Assembly (NCBI RefSeq): GCF_003334385.1
Contig: NZ_QOWN01000017.1
DNA length: 64,000 nt
Strand: one strand, 5' to 3'
From: Escherichia coli
GTDB taxonomy: Bacteria; Pseudomonadota; Gammaproteobacteria; Enterobacterales; Enterobacteriaceae
A program made the position numbers and the translations under genes. Below the pieces are notes generated by a model. It did no database searches. It worked only from the letters and a program-made list of their open reading frames with translations, and was not told the origin of the DNA. Of this stretch, positions 49,250 to 60,882 are shown in pieces (within the stretch, counting starts at the first letter, position 1; every line of letters starts with the position of its first letter).

Positions 49250-49299
49250 CGCAGTGAGGTGCGTGGATATTTCATTGGGTAATATTTTGGTCGGCATGA

Positions 49300-49370
49300 A
49301 AAGACGCACAAGCGTCGTATCAGGCATGGTACTCCGGATGTCGGATGCGGCGCGAACGCCTTATCCAGGG
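49300..49370. repeat. REP-like palindromic element
   Basis: ccggatgtcggatgcggcgcgaacgccttatcc. Confidence 0.4.
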
Positions 49371-49378
49371 CAATGGTT

Positions 49379-49957
49379 TTACGCCTGATGATCCGGCTTT
49401 TTCTTCCCGCGTCGTTTCAGCCACCAGCGCACGCCCACCACCAGAACCACGACCAGAATCAACCAGACCCAGTGCTTCAAATGCTGGTCGAGATTGTGCA
49501 ACCACGGCGCAATCACCTGACCACCAGCGTAACCAATAGTGGTAAAAATCAACGCCCAGGCAAATGCGCCGAGAATATTCAGCGGCAGAAAGATTTTCGG
49601 CGGCAGCTGGCTGGCACCAATCAGCGTCGGGCCAATCACCCGAAAGCCATACATAAAGCGCGTACCAATGACAAACAGATACGGATGGCGTTGGATAAGT
49701 TTCTGCGCCCGCTCAATTTTATCCTGATGTTTCGAGAAACGGCGTAACAGCTTGCCGCCAAACCGCCGCCCGCACAGATAGAGCACCTGGTCGCCAATCA
49801 TGCCGCCAAGCGCCACAGAAAGTACCACCAGCGGGAACTTTAATAGCCCCTGATGCGCCGCAACGCCTCCCAGCAAAGTCACGGTTTCACCTTCCGCCAG
49901 GCTACCGATCACCAGCGCGGCATAACCATATTGTGAGATAAGTGTATTGAGATCCAT
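49379..49957 (-). CDS. yohD: DedA-family inner membrane protein YohD
   Basis: Track ORF 49379..49993; start MDLNTLISQYGYAAL (49957), 192 aa. Confidence 0.8.
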   Translation of the reverse strand: MDLNTLISQYGYAALVIGSLAEGETVTLLGGVAAHQGLLKFPLVVLSVALGGMIGDQVLYLCGRRFGGKLLRRFSKHQDKIERAQKLIQRHPYLFVIGTRFMYGFRVIGPTLIGASQLPPKIFLPLNILGAFAWALIFTTIGYAGGQVIAPWLHNLDQHLKHWVWLILVVVLVVGVRWWLKRRGKKKPDHQA

Positions 49958-50126
49958 AGGCCAGTCTGTCTCCCTTTGGTTGCCAGTAAGCATACACCCT
50001 GTGAATCATTCACGCTGAAAAAGGACGTTCATCAGACAGTGAAAATTACATGGGCGAACAAAAAATAATCACAAGCTGACTTATACTTGAACTGTCAGGT
50101 TCATGAACTCACAACAAGGGGGCGGT

Positions 50127-50714
50127 ATGAGCCATGTCTGGGGACTGTTTTCCCATCCCGATCGTGAAATGCAGGTGATTAATCGCGAAAACGAAACGAT
50201 TTCTCACCATTACACCCACCACGTTTTGCTGATGGCGGCGATTCCGGTGATTTGCGCCTTCATTGGCACTACACAGATTGGCTGGAATTTTGGCGATGGC
50301 ACTATCCTGAAGTTATCCTGGTTTACCGGACTGGCGCTGGCTGTCTTGTTTTACGGCGTTATGCTGGCTGGGGTCGCGGTGATGGGGCGGGTCATCTGGT
50401 GGATGGCGCGTAATTATCCGCAGCGTCCGTCACTTGCGCACTGCATGGTCTTCGCGGGCTACGTTGCAACTCCGCTGTTTTTAAGCGGTCTGGTGGCGCT
50501 TTATCCACTGGTCTGGTTGTGTGCGCTGGTCGGCACGGTGGCGCTGTTTTACACCGGCTACCTGCTTTACCTTGGTATTCCGAGCTTCCTGAATATCAAC
50601 AAAGAGGAAGGCCTTAGCTTCTCTAGTTCGACGCTGGCGATTGGCGTGCTGGTACTGGAAGTGCTGCTCGCCCTAACCGTTATACTATGGGGCTACGGTT
50701 ATCGTTTGTTCTAG
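50127..50714 (+). CDS. yohC: Yip1-family inner membrane protein YohC
   Basis: Track ORF 50103..50714; start MSHVWGLFSHP, 195 aa, multi-TM. Confidence 0.75.
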   Translation: MSHVWGLFSHPDREMQVINRENETISHHYTHHVLLMAAIPVICAFIGTTQIGWNFGDGTILKLSWFTGLALAVLFYGVMLAGVAVMGRVIWWMARNYPQRPSLAHCMVFAGYVATPLFLSGLVALYPLVWLCALVGTVALFYTGYLLYLGIPSFLNINKEEGLSFSSSTLAIGVLVLEVLLALTVILWGYGYRLF

Positions 50715-50887
50715 AAAGTTCTTTGACGTTGCATTGCTGGCGTAAATGTCAGCAATGCAGCATTTCCTCACGATTCTCCTTTGACGATCGCACTTTTTGC
50801 TCGTTATGATGGCGTCGCTAGCCTCAGTAAATCCTTACTCCGGCGGTGCGCAACCCGTGCGCGTGAACCACTATCTGAATGCTCATC

Positions 50888-51820
50888 ATGCCGAAATTTC
50901 GAGTTTCTTTATTTAGCCTGGCCCTGATGCTGGCTGTGCCTTTTGCACCGCAGGCCGTTGCGAAAACGGCAGCCGCTACCACCGCTTCACAACCGGAAAT
51001 TGCCTCCGGTAGCGCGATGATTGTTGATCTGAATACCAACAAAGTGATCTATTCGAACCACCCGGATCTGGTGCGTCCGATTGCGTCTATCAGCAAATTA
51101 ATGACCGCGATGGTTGTGCTGGATGCACGACTGCCGCTGGATGAAAAACTAAAAGTGGATATCAGCCAGACGCCGGAGATGAAAGGGGTCTATTCGCGCG
51201 TACGACTGAATAGCGAAATCAGCCGTAAAGATATGCTGTTGCTGGCGCTGATGTCTTCAGAAAACCGCGCGGCGGCAAGCCTTGCGCACCATTATCCCGG
51301 TGGTTACAAAGCCTTTATTAAGGCAATGAATGCGAAAGCGAAATCGCTCGGAATGAACAACACGCGCTTTGTTGAACCTACCGGATTGTCGGTGCATAAC
51401 GTTTCAACTGCCCGTGACTTAACCAAACTGCTCATTGCCAGCAAACAATATCCGTTGATCGGGCAGTTAAGTACTACCCGGGAAGATATGGCAACCTTCT
51501 CTAATCCGACGTATACGCTGCCGTTCCGCAATACTAATCATCTGGTGTATCGCGATAACTGGAATATTCAGTTAACCAAAACCGGCTTTACCAATGCGGC
51601 GGGCCATTGTCTGGTGATGCGTACGGTTATCAATAATAAACCGGTGGCGCTGGTAGTGATGGACGCGTTTGGCAAATATACCCATTTTGCCGATGCCAGC
51701 CGCCTGCGTACCTGGATTGAAACCGGTAAAGTGATGCCTGTGCCGGCAGCAGCGTTGAGCTATAAAAAACAAAAAGCCGCCCAAATGGCGGCGGCGGGGC
51801 AGACGGCACAGAACGATTAA
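50888..51820 (+). CDS. pbpG: D-alanyl-D-alanine endopeptidase PBP7 (PbpG)
   Basis: Track ORF 50879..51820; signal peptide then SxxK (SISK), SxN and KTG motifs of class C low-MW PBPs. Confidence 0.85.
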
Positions 51821-51827
51821 GTGAATT

Positions 51828-51857
51828 CGGATGGCGATACTCTGCCATCCGTAATTT
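51828..51857. terminator. bidirectional terminator hairpin between convergent pbpG and dld
   Basis: cggatggc gatactct gccatccg flanked by T-run on plus strand. Confidence 0.5.
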
Positions 51858-53573
51858 TTACTCCACTTCCTGCCAGTTTTTCCGTTTACTGGTTTTACCG
51901 ATCCCCGGATTCATGCTGTTGGTCGGATCGTTCTCGCGATAGAACTTCTGCAACGTCTCCGGTGCTTTATACAAATGACCGACGTTATGCTCGGCAGGGT
52001 ACTGCGCGCCGCGCTGCTGTAGCAGTTCCAGCATCTGTTCTTTTAACGCATGCACATCCACGCCTTTTTTCACTATGTAATCCTGATGGAAGACATAGCA
52101 CATAAAATGGCCGTAATAGAGCTTGTGCACCAGCTGGCTGTCGATCTCCGGCGGTAAATGCTCATACCACTCGGTGTCGTTACGCCGCAGAGCGATATCC
52201 AACGCCAGAATGTCTTCGACTTCATCGGAATGCACCGCCTGATAACGAATTGCTGCGCCCGCAGCGGCGAAACGGTGTAAAAACGCTTTGCTGCCTTCCT
52301 CCGGCGTACAGACAAAGAAATCGCCTTCGGCCTGTTTGAAATAATCCACCAGCCACGATTTGGCTTCGCCCACGCCATCGCCCGCCATTTTTAACAGCAG
52401 ATGATGCTCGTATTTATCGCGCCAGTTTTTCATGCGCGGCGGTAAATGGCTGGGGAACAGGTGACCGAATTTTTGCATCGCACGGTCAGTAAAATGCGGA
52501 CGGAAGAATTTCACTTTCTCCAGCATCGCATCGGTGCGTCCCTTGAGATTAAAGAAGAACGGCATCTTGTCGGTGCCTAACTTATCAATCATCAGGAAGG
52601 TGTCTTTGCCGTATTTTTCCGCAATATCGTAGATATTCCGGTGCATATATTCCCCGGCAACCGGCAGATTTTCGAAGTTAGCCAGAATATGACGGCGGAT
52701 TTCGGTCAGCACTTCCGGCTGGTTGGTGCCGATATAAAACACCTGCTGATTTTTTTCCGCTTCGAAGGTATCAAGACGTACTGCAAAGACCGCCAGCTTC
52801 CCGGCGCAACCAGAAGATTCAAATAACCGATCAGGATCGGCGTTATAACGTGCGGGCGTGTCGGCTTCAATATCACGAACGCGGTGGACATAGTCATAAT
52901 CGTGGGCGTGACGACCATCGTGACGCACATCGTCATCTTTGATGCGATCATCATCCAGCTTGCTAAGGATCTGCTCCGGCGTTTCGCCCAGATCAATCCC
53001 CAGATGGTTCACCAGCGTCAGTTTGCCGTCTTCATTTATACGCGCGAATAACGACATTTCGGTATACGCCGGGCCACGTTGCACCAGCGAGCCGCCGGAG
53101 TTGTTACAAATACCGCCGATGACCGATGCGCCTATACACGATGATCCAATCACTGAGTGCGGTTCGCGTCCCAGCGGTTTGAGGGCTTTTTCCAGCGAAT
53201 AGAGCGTGGTGCCCGGATAGGCCAGCACCTGTTCGCCCTTGCCAAGAACGTGCAGCTTGTCGAGACGCAGGGTGCTGATGATAACGACATCGCGATCATA
53301 ATCGTTACCGTTTGGCGTCGATCCTTCGGTCAGGCCTGTATTGGCGGCCTGCATCAGAATAATTTTGTCGGCGGTGACGCAGGCTTTCAGCACCCGCCAC
53401 AATTCTAGTAGTGAGCCAGGGAAAACGACAGCCAGCGCGTCGCCCTGACCAGAACGGAAGCCCTTGCGATAGCGGGCCGTTTTTGCGGGATCGGTGAGCA
53501 GGTGTGAAGAACCCACCAGACGAGCAAGTTCATTCAAAAAGGCTTTATTATCAGTTGTTGTCATGGAAGACAT
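51858..53573 (-). CDS. dld: FAD-dependent D-lactate dehydrogenase Dld
   Basis: Track ORF 51858..53606; start MSSMTTTDNKAFLNEL (53573), 571 aa. Confidence 0.9.
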   Translation of the reverse strand: MSSMTTTDNKAFLNELARLVGSSHLLTDPAKTARYRKGFRSGQGDALAVVFPGSLLELWRVLKACVTADKIILMQAANTGLTEGSTPNGNDYDRDVVIISTLRLDKLHVLGKGEQVLAYPGTTLYSLEKALKPLGREPHSVIGSSCIGASVIGGICNNSGGSLVQRGPAYTEMSLFARINEDGKLTLVNHLGIDLGETPEQILSKLDDDRIKDDDVRHDGRHAHDYDYVHRVRDIEADTPARYNADPDRLFESSGCAGKLAVFAVRLDTFEAEKNQQVFYIGTNQPEVLTEIRRHILANFENLPVAGEYMHRNIYDIAEKYGKDTFLMIDKLGTDKMPFFFNLKGRTDAMLEKVKFFRPHFTDRAMQKFGHLFPSHLPPRMKNWRDKYEHHLLLKMAGDGVGEAKSWLVDYFKQAEGDFFVCTPEEGSKAFLHRFAAAGAAIRYQAVHSDEVEDILALDIALRRNDTEWYEHLPPEIDSQLVHKLYYGHFMCYVFHQDYIVKKGVDVHALKEQMLELLQQRGAQYPAEHNVGHLYKAPETLQKFYRENDPTNSMNPGIGKTSKRKNWQEVE

Positions 53574-53768
53574 TTTCCACTCCTTGTGGTGGCGAAAAAA
53601 TATCACAAACTAGAATAGCGCCTTGTATAACAATTCAGCGAGTGAATATTTTGAAAATTCAGACAATAAACTGAGCATTCTTTTTCTCTCTCCATCATGC
53701 TTATGGCAAACTACGGTTTTTGCACCATTTTCGCTGCCACGTCGGGCAACAAAGGAAGAAAAATCCAT

Positions 53769-56066
53769 ATGAAATGGCTATGTTCAGTAGGAATCGCGGT
53801 GAGTCTGGCCCTGCAGCCAGCACTGGCGGATGATTTATTCGGCAACCATCCATTAACGCCCGAAGCGCGGGATGCGTTCGTCACCGAACTGCTTAAGAAA
53901 ATGACAGTTGATGAGAAAATTGGTCAGCTGCGCTTAATCAGCGTCGGCCCGGATAACCCGAAAGAGGCGATCCGCGAGATGATCAAAGACGGTCAGGTTG
54001 GGGCGATTTTCAACACCGTAACCCGTCAGGATATCCGCGCCATGCAGGATCAGGTGATGGAATTAAGCCGCCTGAAAATTCCTCTTTTCTTTGCTTACGA
54101 CGTGCTGCACGGTCAGCGCACGGTGTTCCCGATTAGCCTCGGTCTGGCCTCGTCTTTTAACCTCGATGCAGTGAAAACGGTCGGACGTGTCTCTGCTTAT
54201 GAAGCGGCAGATGATGGCCTGAATATGACCTGGGCACCGATGGTCGATGTCTCGCGCGATCCGCGCTGGGGACGTGCTTCCGAAGGTTTTGGCGAAGATA
54301 CGTATCTCACCTCAACAATGGGTAAAACCATGGTGGAAGCGATGCAGGGTAAAAGCCCGGCAGATCGCTACTCGGTGATGACCAGCGTCAAACACTTTGC
54401 CGCATACGGCGCGGTAGAAGGCGGTAAAGAGTACAACACCGTCGATATGAGTCCGCAGCGCCTGTTTAATGATTATATGCCGCCGTACAAAGCGGGGCTG
54501 GACGCAGGCAGCGGCGCGGTGATGGTGGCGCTGAACTCGCTGAACGGCACGCCAGCCACCTCCGATTCCTGGCTGCTGAAAGATGTTCTGCGCGACCAGT
54601 GGGGCTTTAAAGGCATCACCGTTTCCGATCACGGTGCAATCAAAGAGCTGATTAAACATGGCACGGCGGCAGACCCGGAAGATGCGGTGCGCGTGGCGCT
54701 GAAATCCGGAATCAACATGAGCATGAGCGACGAGTACTACTCGAAGTATCTGCCTGGGTTGATTAAATCCGGCAAAGTGACGATGGCAGAGCTGGACGAT
54801 GCTGCCCGCCATGTACTGAACGTTAAATATGATATGGGGTTGTTTAACGACCCATACAGCCATTTGGGGCCGAAAGAGTCTGACCCGGTGGATACCAATG
54901 CCGAAAGCCGCCTGCACCGTAAAGAAGCGCGTGAAGTGGCGCGCGAAAGCTTGGTGTTGCTGAAAAACCGTCTCGAAACGTTACCGCTGAAAAAATCGGC
55001 CACCATTGCGGTGGTTGGGCCACTGGCGGACAGTAAACGTGACGTGATGGGCAGCTGGTCCGCAGCCGGTGTTGCCGATCAATCCGTGACCGTACTGACC
55101 GGGATTAAAAATGCCGTCGGTGAAAACGGTAAAGTGCTGTATGCCAAAGGGGCGAACGTTACCAGTGACAAAGGCATTATCGATTTCCTGAATCAGTATG
55201 AAGAAGCGGTCAAAGTCGATCCGCGTTCGCCGCAAGAGATGATTGATGAAGCGGTGCAGACGGCGAAACAATCTGATGTGGTGGTGGCTGTAGTCGGTGA
55301 AGCACAGGGGATGGCGCACGAAGCCTCCAGCCGGACCGATATCACTATTCCGCAAAGCCAACGTGACTTGATTGCGGCGCTGAAAGCCACCGGTAAACCG
55401 CTGGTGCTGGTGCTGATGAACGGGCGTCCGCTGGCGCTGGTGAAAGAAGATCAGCAGGCTGATGCGATTCTGGAAACCTGGTTTGCGGGGACTGAAGGCG
55501 GTAATGCAATTGCCGATGTATTGTTTGGCGATTACAACCCGTCCGGCAAGCTGCCAATGTCCTTCCCGCGTTCTGTCGGGCAGATCCCGGTGTACTACAG
55601 CCATCTGAATACCGGTCGCCCGTATAATGCCGACAAGCCGAACAAATACACTTCGCGTTATTTTGATGAAGCTAACGGGGCGTTGTATCCGTTCGGCTAT
55701 GGGCTGAGCTACACCACTTTCACCGTCTCTGATGTGAAACTTTCTGCGCCGACCATGAAGCGTGACGGCAAAGTGACTGCCAGCGTGCAGGTGACGAACA
55801 CCGGTAAGCGCGAGGGTGCCACGGTAGTGCAGATGTACTTGCAGGATGTGACGGCTTCCATGAGTCGCCCTGTGAAACAGCTGAAAGGCTTTGAGAAAAT
55901 CACCCTGAAACCGGGCGAAACTCAGACTGTCAGCTTCCCGATCGATATTGAGGCGCTGAAGTTCTGGAATCAACAGATGAAATATGACGCCGAGCCTGGC
56001 AAGTTCAATGTCTTTATCGGCACTGATTCCGCACGCGTTAAGAAAGGCGAGTTTGAGTTGCTGTAA
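53769..56066 (+). CDS. bglX: periplasmic beta-glucosidase BglX (GH3)
   Basis: Track ORF 53697..56066; signal peptide MKWLCSVGIAVSLALQPALA; glycoside hydrolase family 3 domains; 765 aa. Confidence 0.85.
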   Translation: MKWLCSVGIAVSLALQPALADDLFGNHPLTPEARDAFVTELLKKMTVDEKIGQLRLISVGPDNPKEAIREMIKDGQVGAIFNTVTRQDIRAMQDQVMELSRLKIPLFFAYDVLHGQRTVFPISLGLASSFNLDAVKTVGRVSAYEAADDGLNMTWAPMVDVSRDPRWGRASEGFGEDTYLTSTMGKTMVEAMQGKSPADRYSVMTSVKHFAAYGAVEGGKEYNTVDMSPQRLFNDYMPPYKAGLDAGSGAVMVALNSLNGTPATSDSWLLKDVLRDQWGFKGITVSDHGAIKELIKHGTAADPEDAVRVALKSGINMSMSDEYYSKYLPGLIKSGKVTMAELDDAARHVLNVKYDMGLFNDPYSHLGPKESDPVDTNAESRLHRKEAREVARESLVLLKNRLETLPLKKSATIAVVGPLADSKRDVMGSWSAAGVADQSVTVLTGIKNAVGENGKVLYAKGANVTSDKGIIDFLNQYEEAVKVDPRSPQEMIDEAVQTAKQSDVVVAVVGEAQGMAHEASSRTDITIPQSQRDLIAALKATGKPLVLVLMNGRPLALVKEDQQADAILETWFAGTEGGNAIADVLFGDYNPSGKLPMSFPRSVGQIPVYYSHLNTGRPYNADKPNKYTSRYFDEANGALYPFGYGLSYTTFTVSDVKLSAPTMKRDGKVTASVQVTNTGKREGATVVQMYLQDVTASMSRPVKQLKGFEKITLKPGETQTVSFPIDIEALKFWNQQMKYDAEPGKFNVFIGTDSARVKKGEFELL

Positions 56067-56076
56067 TGCTTTAGTA

Positions 56077-56150
56077 AGGGCGCGACGTTTGCGCCCTTTG
56101 TAGGCCGGATAAGGCGCTCGCGCCGCATCCGGCAGGAAACGCCGGACCGA
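56077..56150 (+). terminator. terminator hairpin after bglX followed by a REP element
   Basis: agggcgc gacgttt gcgccct then tgtaggccggataaggcgctcgcgccgcatccggcagg. Confidence 0.5.
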
Positions 56151-56276
56151 ATATGCCTCTTAAGTATTTATCTGATTCTGCAACTGAATCCTTCCGCTCA
56201 AGCTAACCCCGCCATTATCAACTATGCTTTTCTCTTAATTCGCTGAAAACAACAGTAAAAGAATGAGGAAAGCATC

Positions 56277-57194
56277 ATGCCACTCTTAAAGCTCTGGGCA
56301 GGTTCACTGGTTATGTTGGCAGCCGTGAGCCTGCCGCTACAGGCGGCTTCCCCCGTTAAAGTCGGTTCAAAAATCGATACCGAAGGTGCGCTACTCGGCA
56401 ATATCATTTTGCAGGTGCTGGAAAGCCACGGCGTACCGACGGTGAATAAAGTGCAACTCGGAACGACTCCTGTGGTGCGCGGGGCGATTACTTCCGGTGA
56501 ACTGGATATCTATCCGGAATATACCGGCAATGGCGCTTTCTTCTTTAAAGATGAAAACGATGCAGCGTGGAAAAACGCGCAGCAAGGTTACGAGAAAGTC
56601 AAAAAGCTCGATTCGGAGCACAACAAGTTAATCTGGCTGACGCCCGCGCCTGCAAATAACACCTGGACTATCGCCGTGCGTCAGGATGTGGCAGAGAAAA
56701 ATAAACTCACTTCGCTTGCCGACCTGAGTCGTTATCTGCAAGAGGGCGGCACCTTCAAACTGGCAGCCTCGGCAGAGTTTATCGAACGCGCCGATGCGTT
56801 ACCCGCGTTTGAAAAAGCCTATGGCTTTAAGCTCGGTCAGGATCAGTTGCTGTCACTGGCTGGTGGCGACACGGCGGTGACGATCAAAGCCGCTGCCCAG
56901 CAAACCTCTGGCGTTAATGCTGCAATGGCTTACGGCACTGACGGCCCGGTAGCGGCGCTGGGGCTGCAAACCTTAAGCGATCCGCAAGGTGTGCAACCTA
57001 TCTACGCGCCTGCACCAGTGGTGCGTGAGTCGGTGTTGAGGGAGTATCCGCAAATGGCACAGTGGCTACAGCCAGTCTTCGCCAGCCTCGATGCAAAAAC
57101 ATTGCAGCAACTGAATGCCAGCATTGCTGTGGAAGGACTGGATGCCAAAAAAGTGGCTGCCGACTACCTGAAACAAAAAGGGTGGACGAAGTAA
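56277..57194 (+). CDS. osmF: glycine betaine-binding periplasmic protein OsmF (YehZ)
   Basis: 305 aa with signal peptide; first gene of yehZYXW-type ABC operon. Confidence 0.85.
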   Translation: MPLLKLWAGSLVMLAAVSLPLQAASPVKVGSKIDTEGALLGNIILQVLESHGVPTVNKVQLGTTPVVRGAITSGELDIYPEYTGNGAFFFKDENDAAWKNAQQGYEKVKKLDSEHNKLIWLTPAPANNTWTIAVRQDVAEKNKLTSLADLSRYLQEGGTFKLAASAEFIERADALPAFEKAYGFKLGQDQLLSLAGGDTAVTIKAAAQQTSGVNAAMAYGTDGPVAALGLQTLSDPQGVQPIYAPAPVVRESVLREYPQMAQWLQPVFASLDAKTLQQLNASIAVEGLDAKKVAADYLKQKGWTK

Positions 57195-57200
57195 TTTCCC

Positions 57201-58358
57201 GTGACTTATTTCCGTATTAATCCTGTTCTGGCGCTGCTGCTGTTGCTGACGGCAATCGCAGCGGCGCTGCCGTTTATCAGTTACGCGCCTAATCGTTTAG
57301 TTTCGGGTGAGGGGCGTCATCTCTGGCAGCTGTGGCCGCAAACGATCTGGATGCTGGTGGGCGTTGGTTGCGCCTGGCTGACGGCCTGTTTTATTCCCGG
57401 TAAAAAAGGCAGCATTTGTGCACTCATTCTGGCGCAATTCGTCTTCGTATTGCTGGTGTGGGGAGCTGGAAAGGCGGCGACCCAACTGGCGCAAAATGGC
57501 AGTGCGCTGGCGCGTACCAGCCTCGGCAGTGGTTTCTGGCTGGCTGCGGCGCTGGCATTGCTGGCCTGTAGCGATGCCATCCGCCGAATCTCCACGCATC
57601 CGCTGTGGCGCTGGTTGTTGCATATGCAGATTGCCATTATTCCGCTGTGGTTGCTGTACTCCGGCACGCTTAACGATCTCTCACTAATGAAAGAATACGC
57701 CAACCGTCAGGATGTGTTTGACGACGCGCTGGCACAACATCTGACGTTGCTGTTTGGTGCGGTGCTGCCTGCGTTAGTGATTGGTGTGCCGTTGGGCATC
57801 TGGTGCTACTTTTCCACTGCTCGGCAGGGGGCAATTTTTTCTCTGCTCAATGTGATTCAGACCGTGCCTTCGGTGGCGCTCTTTGGCCTGTTGATTGCGC
57901 CGCTTGCCGCGCTGGTTACGGCCTTTCCGTGGCTGGGGACGCTCGGCATAGCAGGAACCGGAATGACACCCGCACTGATTGCGCTGGTGCTCTATGCCTT
58001 GCTGCCGCTGGTGCGCGGCGTGGTAGTCGGTTTGAACCAGATCCCGCGCGATGTGCTGGAAAGCGCCAGAGCGATGGGGATGAGCGGGGCGCAGCGTTTC
58101 CTGCATGTTCAGTTACCGCTGGCGTTACCGGTATTTCTGCGCAGCCTGCGGGTGGTGATGGTGCAAACTGTAGGTATGGCGGTGATTGCGGCGTTAATCG
58201 GTGCAGGCGGTTTTGGTGCGCTGGTTTTCCAGGGGCTGCTAAGCAGCGCCATTGATTTAGTGTTGCTGGGGGTGATCCCGGTAATTGTTCTGGCGGTGCT
58301 TACCGACGCGCTGTTCGATTTGCTTATCGCACTGCTGAAGGTGAAACGTAATGATTGA
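57201..58358 (+). CDS. yehY: osmoprotectant ABC transporter permease YehY
   Basis: 385 aa polytopic permease. Confidence 0.85.
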
Positions 58359-59277
58359 ATTTAGCCATGTCAGCAAACTGTTCGGCGCACAAAAAGCCGT
58401 TAACGATCTCAATCTCAATTTTCAGGAAGGGAGTTTTTCGGTGCTGATTGGCACATCTGGCTCCGGCAAATCCACCACCCTGAAAATGATTAACCGCCTG
58501 GTGGAGCATGACAGCGGAGAGATCCGCTTTGCCGGAGAAGAAATTCGCTCGCTGCCAGTACTGGAGTTGCGCCGCCGGATGGGCTATGCCATTCAATCTA
58601 TTGGCCTGTTCCCCCACTGGAGCGTGGCGCAAAACATCGCTACCGTGCCGCAATTACAAAAATGGTCGCGGGCGCGGATTGACGATCGTATCGACGAATT
58701 AATGGCGCTACTGGGGCTGGAGTCAAATTTGCGTGAGCGTTATCCGCATCAGCTTTCCGGTGGTCAGCAGCAACGTGTGGGAGTGGCGCGTGCACTGGCT
58801 GCCGATCCGCAAGTCTTACTAATGGATGAACCTTTTGGCGCACTGGACCCGGTAACGCGCGGCGCGTTGCAACAAGAGATGACGCGCATTCACCGTTTGC
58901 TGGGGCGTACCATTGTGCTGGTCACTCATGATATTGATGAGGCGCTACGGCTGGCAGAACATCTGGTATTGATGGATCACGGTGAAGTAGTGCAGCAGGG
59001 CAATCCGCTGACGATGCTGACTCGTCCGGCGAATGATTTTGTCCGCCAGTTTTTTGGACGTAGTGAACTGGGTGTGCGCCTGCTTTCGTTACGTAGTGTG
59101 GCGGATTACGTGCGTCGCGAAGAACGAGCAGATGGTGAGGCACTGGCAGAAGAGATGACGCTACGCGATGCGCTCTCTCTGTTTGTTGCGCGGGGATGCG
59201 AGGTGCTGCCGGTGGTGAACATGCAGGGCCAGCCTTGCGGCACGCTGCATTTTCAGGATCTGCTGGTGGAGGCGTAA
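58351..59277 (+). CDS. yehX: osmoprotectant ABC transporter ATP-binding protein YehX
   Basis: 308 aa; Walker [10 protein letters not shown], signature LSGGQQQR, Walker B LLMDEP. Confidence 0.85.
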
Positions 59278-59281
59278 GCGT

Positions 59282-60013
59282 ATGAAGATGTTGCGCGATC
59301 CGCTGTTCTGGCTCATTGCTCTGTTTGTGGCGCTGATTTTCTGGCTGCCTTACAGCCAGCCGCTGTTTGCTGCCTTGTTCCCACAACTGCCACGACCCGT
59401 TTATCAGCAAGAAAGTTTTGCAGCTCTGGCACTGGCTCATTTCTGGCTGGTGGGAATTTCGAGTTTGTTTGCGGTGATCATTGGCACTGGTGCCGGAATT
59501 GCTGTCACTCGCCCGTGGGGCGCGGAATTTCGCCCACTGGTGGAAACTATTGCCGCCGTTGGACAGACTTTTCCGCCCGTCGCAGTGCTGGCGATCGCCG
59601 TTCCGGTGATCGGCTTTGGTCTGCAACCAGCGATTATCGCCTTGATCCTTTACGGTGTGCTGCCCGTCCTGCAGGCGACACTTGCCGGGCTGGGAGCGAT
59701 TGATGCCAGCGTGACAGAAGTTGCGAAAGGTATGGGAATGAGTCGTGGTCAGCGACTGCGTAAGGTCGAGCTACCGCTGGCGGCTCCGGTGATTCTGGCG
59801 GGCGTGCGAACTTCGGTGATTATCAACATTGGTACGGCGACGATCGCCTCAACGGTAGGGGCCAGCACGCTGGGTACGCCCATCATCATCGGGCTTAGCG
59901 GATTTAATACCGCGTATGTGATCCAGGGGGCGTTACTGGTGGCACTGGCGGCGATCATCGCAGACCGCCTGTTTGAAAGGCTGGTGCAGGCGCTTAGCCA
60001 GCACGCAAAATAA
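59282..60013 (+). CDS. yehW: osmoprotectant ABC transporter permease YehW
   Basis: 243 aa polytopic permease. Confidence 0.85.
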
Positions 60014-60101
60014 AGGTATAACCTGCGAGCATGACGCCACCAATTCCGCCTAACGCCATAAACAGGAACAGGGCGATGACCCCAATTTTAGCTATGCGCA
60101 T
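59994..60101 (-). CDS. yohO: small membrane protein YohO (35 aa)
   Basis: Minus-strand [38 protein letters not shown] overlapping the yehW 3' end convergently by 20 nt; absent from ORF track (under 60 aa). Confidence 0.6.
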
Positions 60102-60160
60102 AATGCACTCCTTATGTTAACGAAAGGATTGTACAGTAAAGCGCATTTGTTAACGAATCA

Positions 60161-60845
60161 TTAAATGCCGAGTGGGAAAATATCATGGCCTTGTTCTTGC
60201 CAACTGGTGAGTTGCTGCTGTTGGGCGGAGGTTCGATTTTCACCGCACCACACCAGCAATGTACGGCCTTCGAATAGTTCAGGGCGTAGTTGATTGAGCG
60301 AGTGGGCGAGGACATCAATGCGCCATCCTTGTTGACTGGCAATCCAGCCCTCCAGCCACAGACGGGTGGTATCCTGAATATTCCAGCCAACCACCAGCGC
60401 ATCTTTACCCTGTTTTTTACGTGCCGAAGCCAGACAAATGGCGATGTAGTTGATCAGTACGCCGTCGAGGATCGCCAGCAGCGCCTGGAGAGTCGGTTGT
60501 TGGCACTGAAGCCGTCGGCGCAGAGGAATAAACAGATGTGTGGTGAGTGTCTGGGCGGGGTAATCCTGACCGCGCTCTTTGATCCACGTTCGCAGGCTAT
60601 GTAGATTGCCGCTTTGCAGGTAAGTCAGTAATGTTTCTTGCTGATCGCGCCAGCCGTTCTGCACATCAACATTTTCATTACTGAGCAGCATTTTAACTTT
60701 GCTGACCTGCACGCCGTTGTCGATCCAGCGTTTGATCTCGCGGATCCGGTCAATATCGGCATCGTTGAACAGCCGATGACCGCCGTCTGTCCGTTGCGGT
60801 TTCAGCAATCCGTAACGCCTCTGCCACGCGCGTAACGTGACAGGG
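60161..60845 (-). pseudogene. mlrA: MerR-family regulator MlrA (YehV), 3' fragment truncated by prophage insertion
   Basis: Minus-strand frame encodes ...PVTLRAWQRRYGLLKPQRTDGGHRLFNDADIDRIREIKRW... but the N-terminal HTH start is missing; similarity to MlrA ends near 60845, where integrase-adjacent phage DNA begins. Confidence 0.8.
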
Positions 60846-60882
60846 ATTAAGGGTAAACTAATTGATTTTGCAAGTTTTTATT

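Noticed and set aside
54981-55973. 330 aa minus-strand ORF inside bglX (and 54312..54917)
   Set aside because: Antisense to bglX; His/Arg-rich composition, no start context; bglX frame is the conserved one.
60809-60882. Possible tRNA gene at the prophage attachment site
   Set aside because: Integration is into a protein-coding gene (mlrA); no cloverleaf-compatible sequence seen at the junction.
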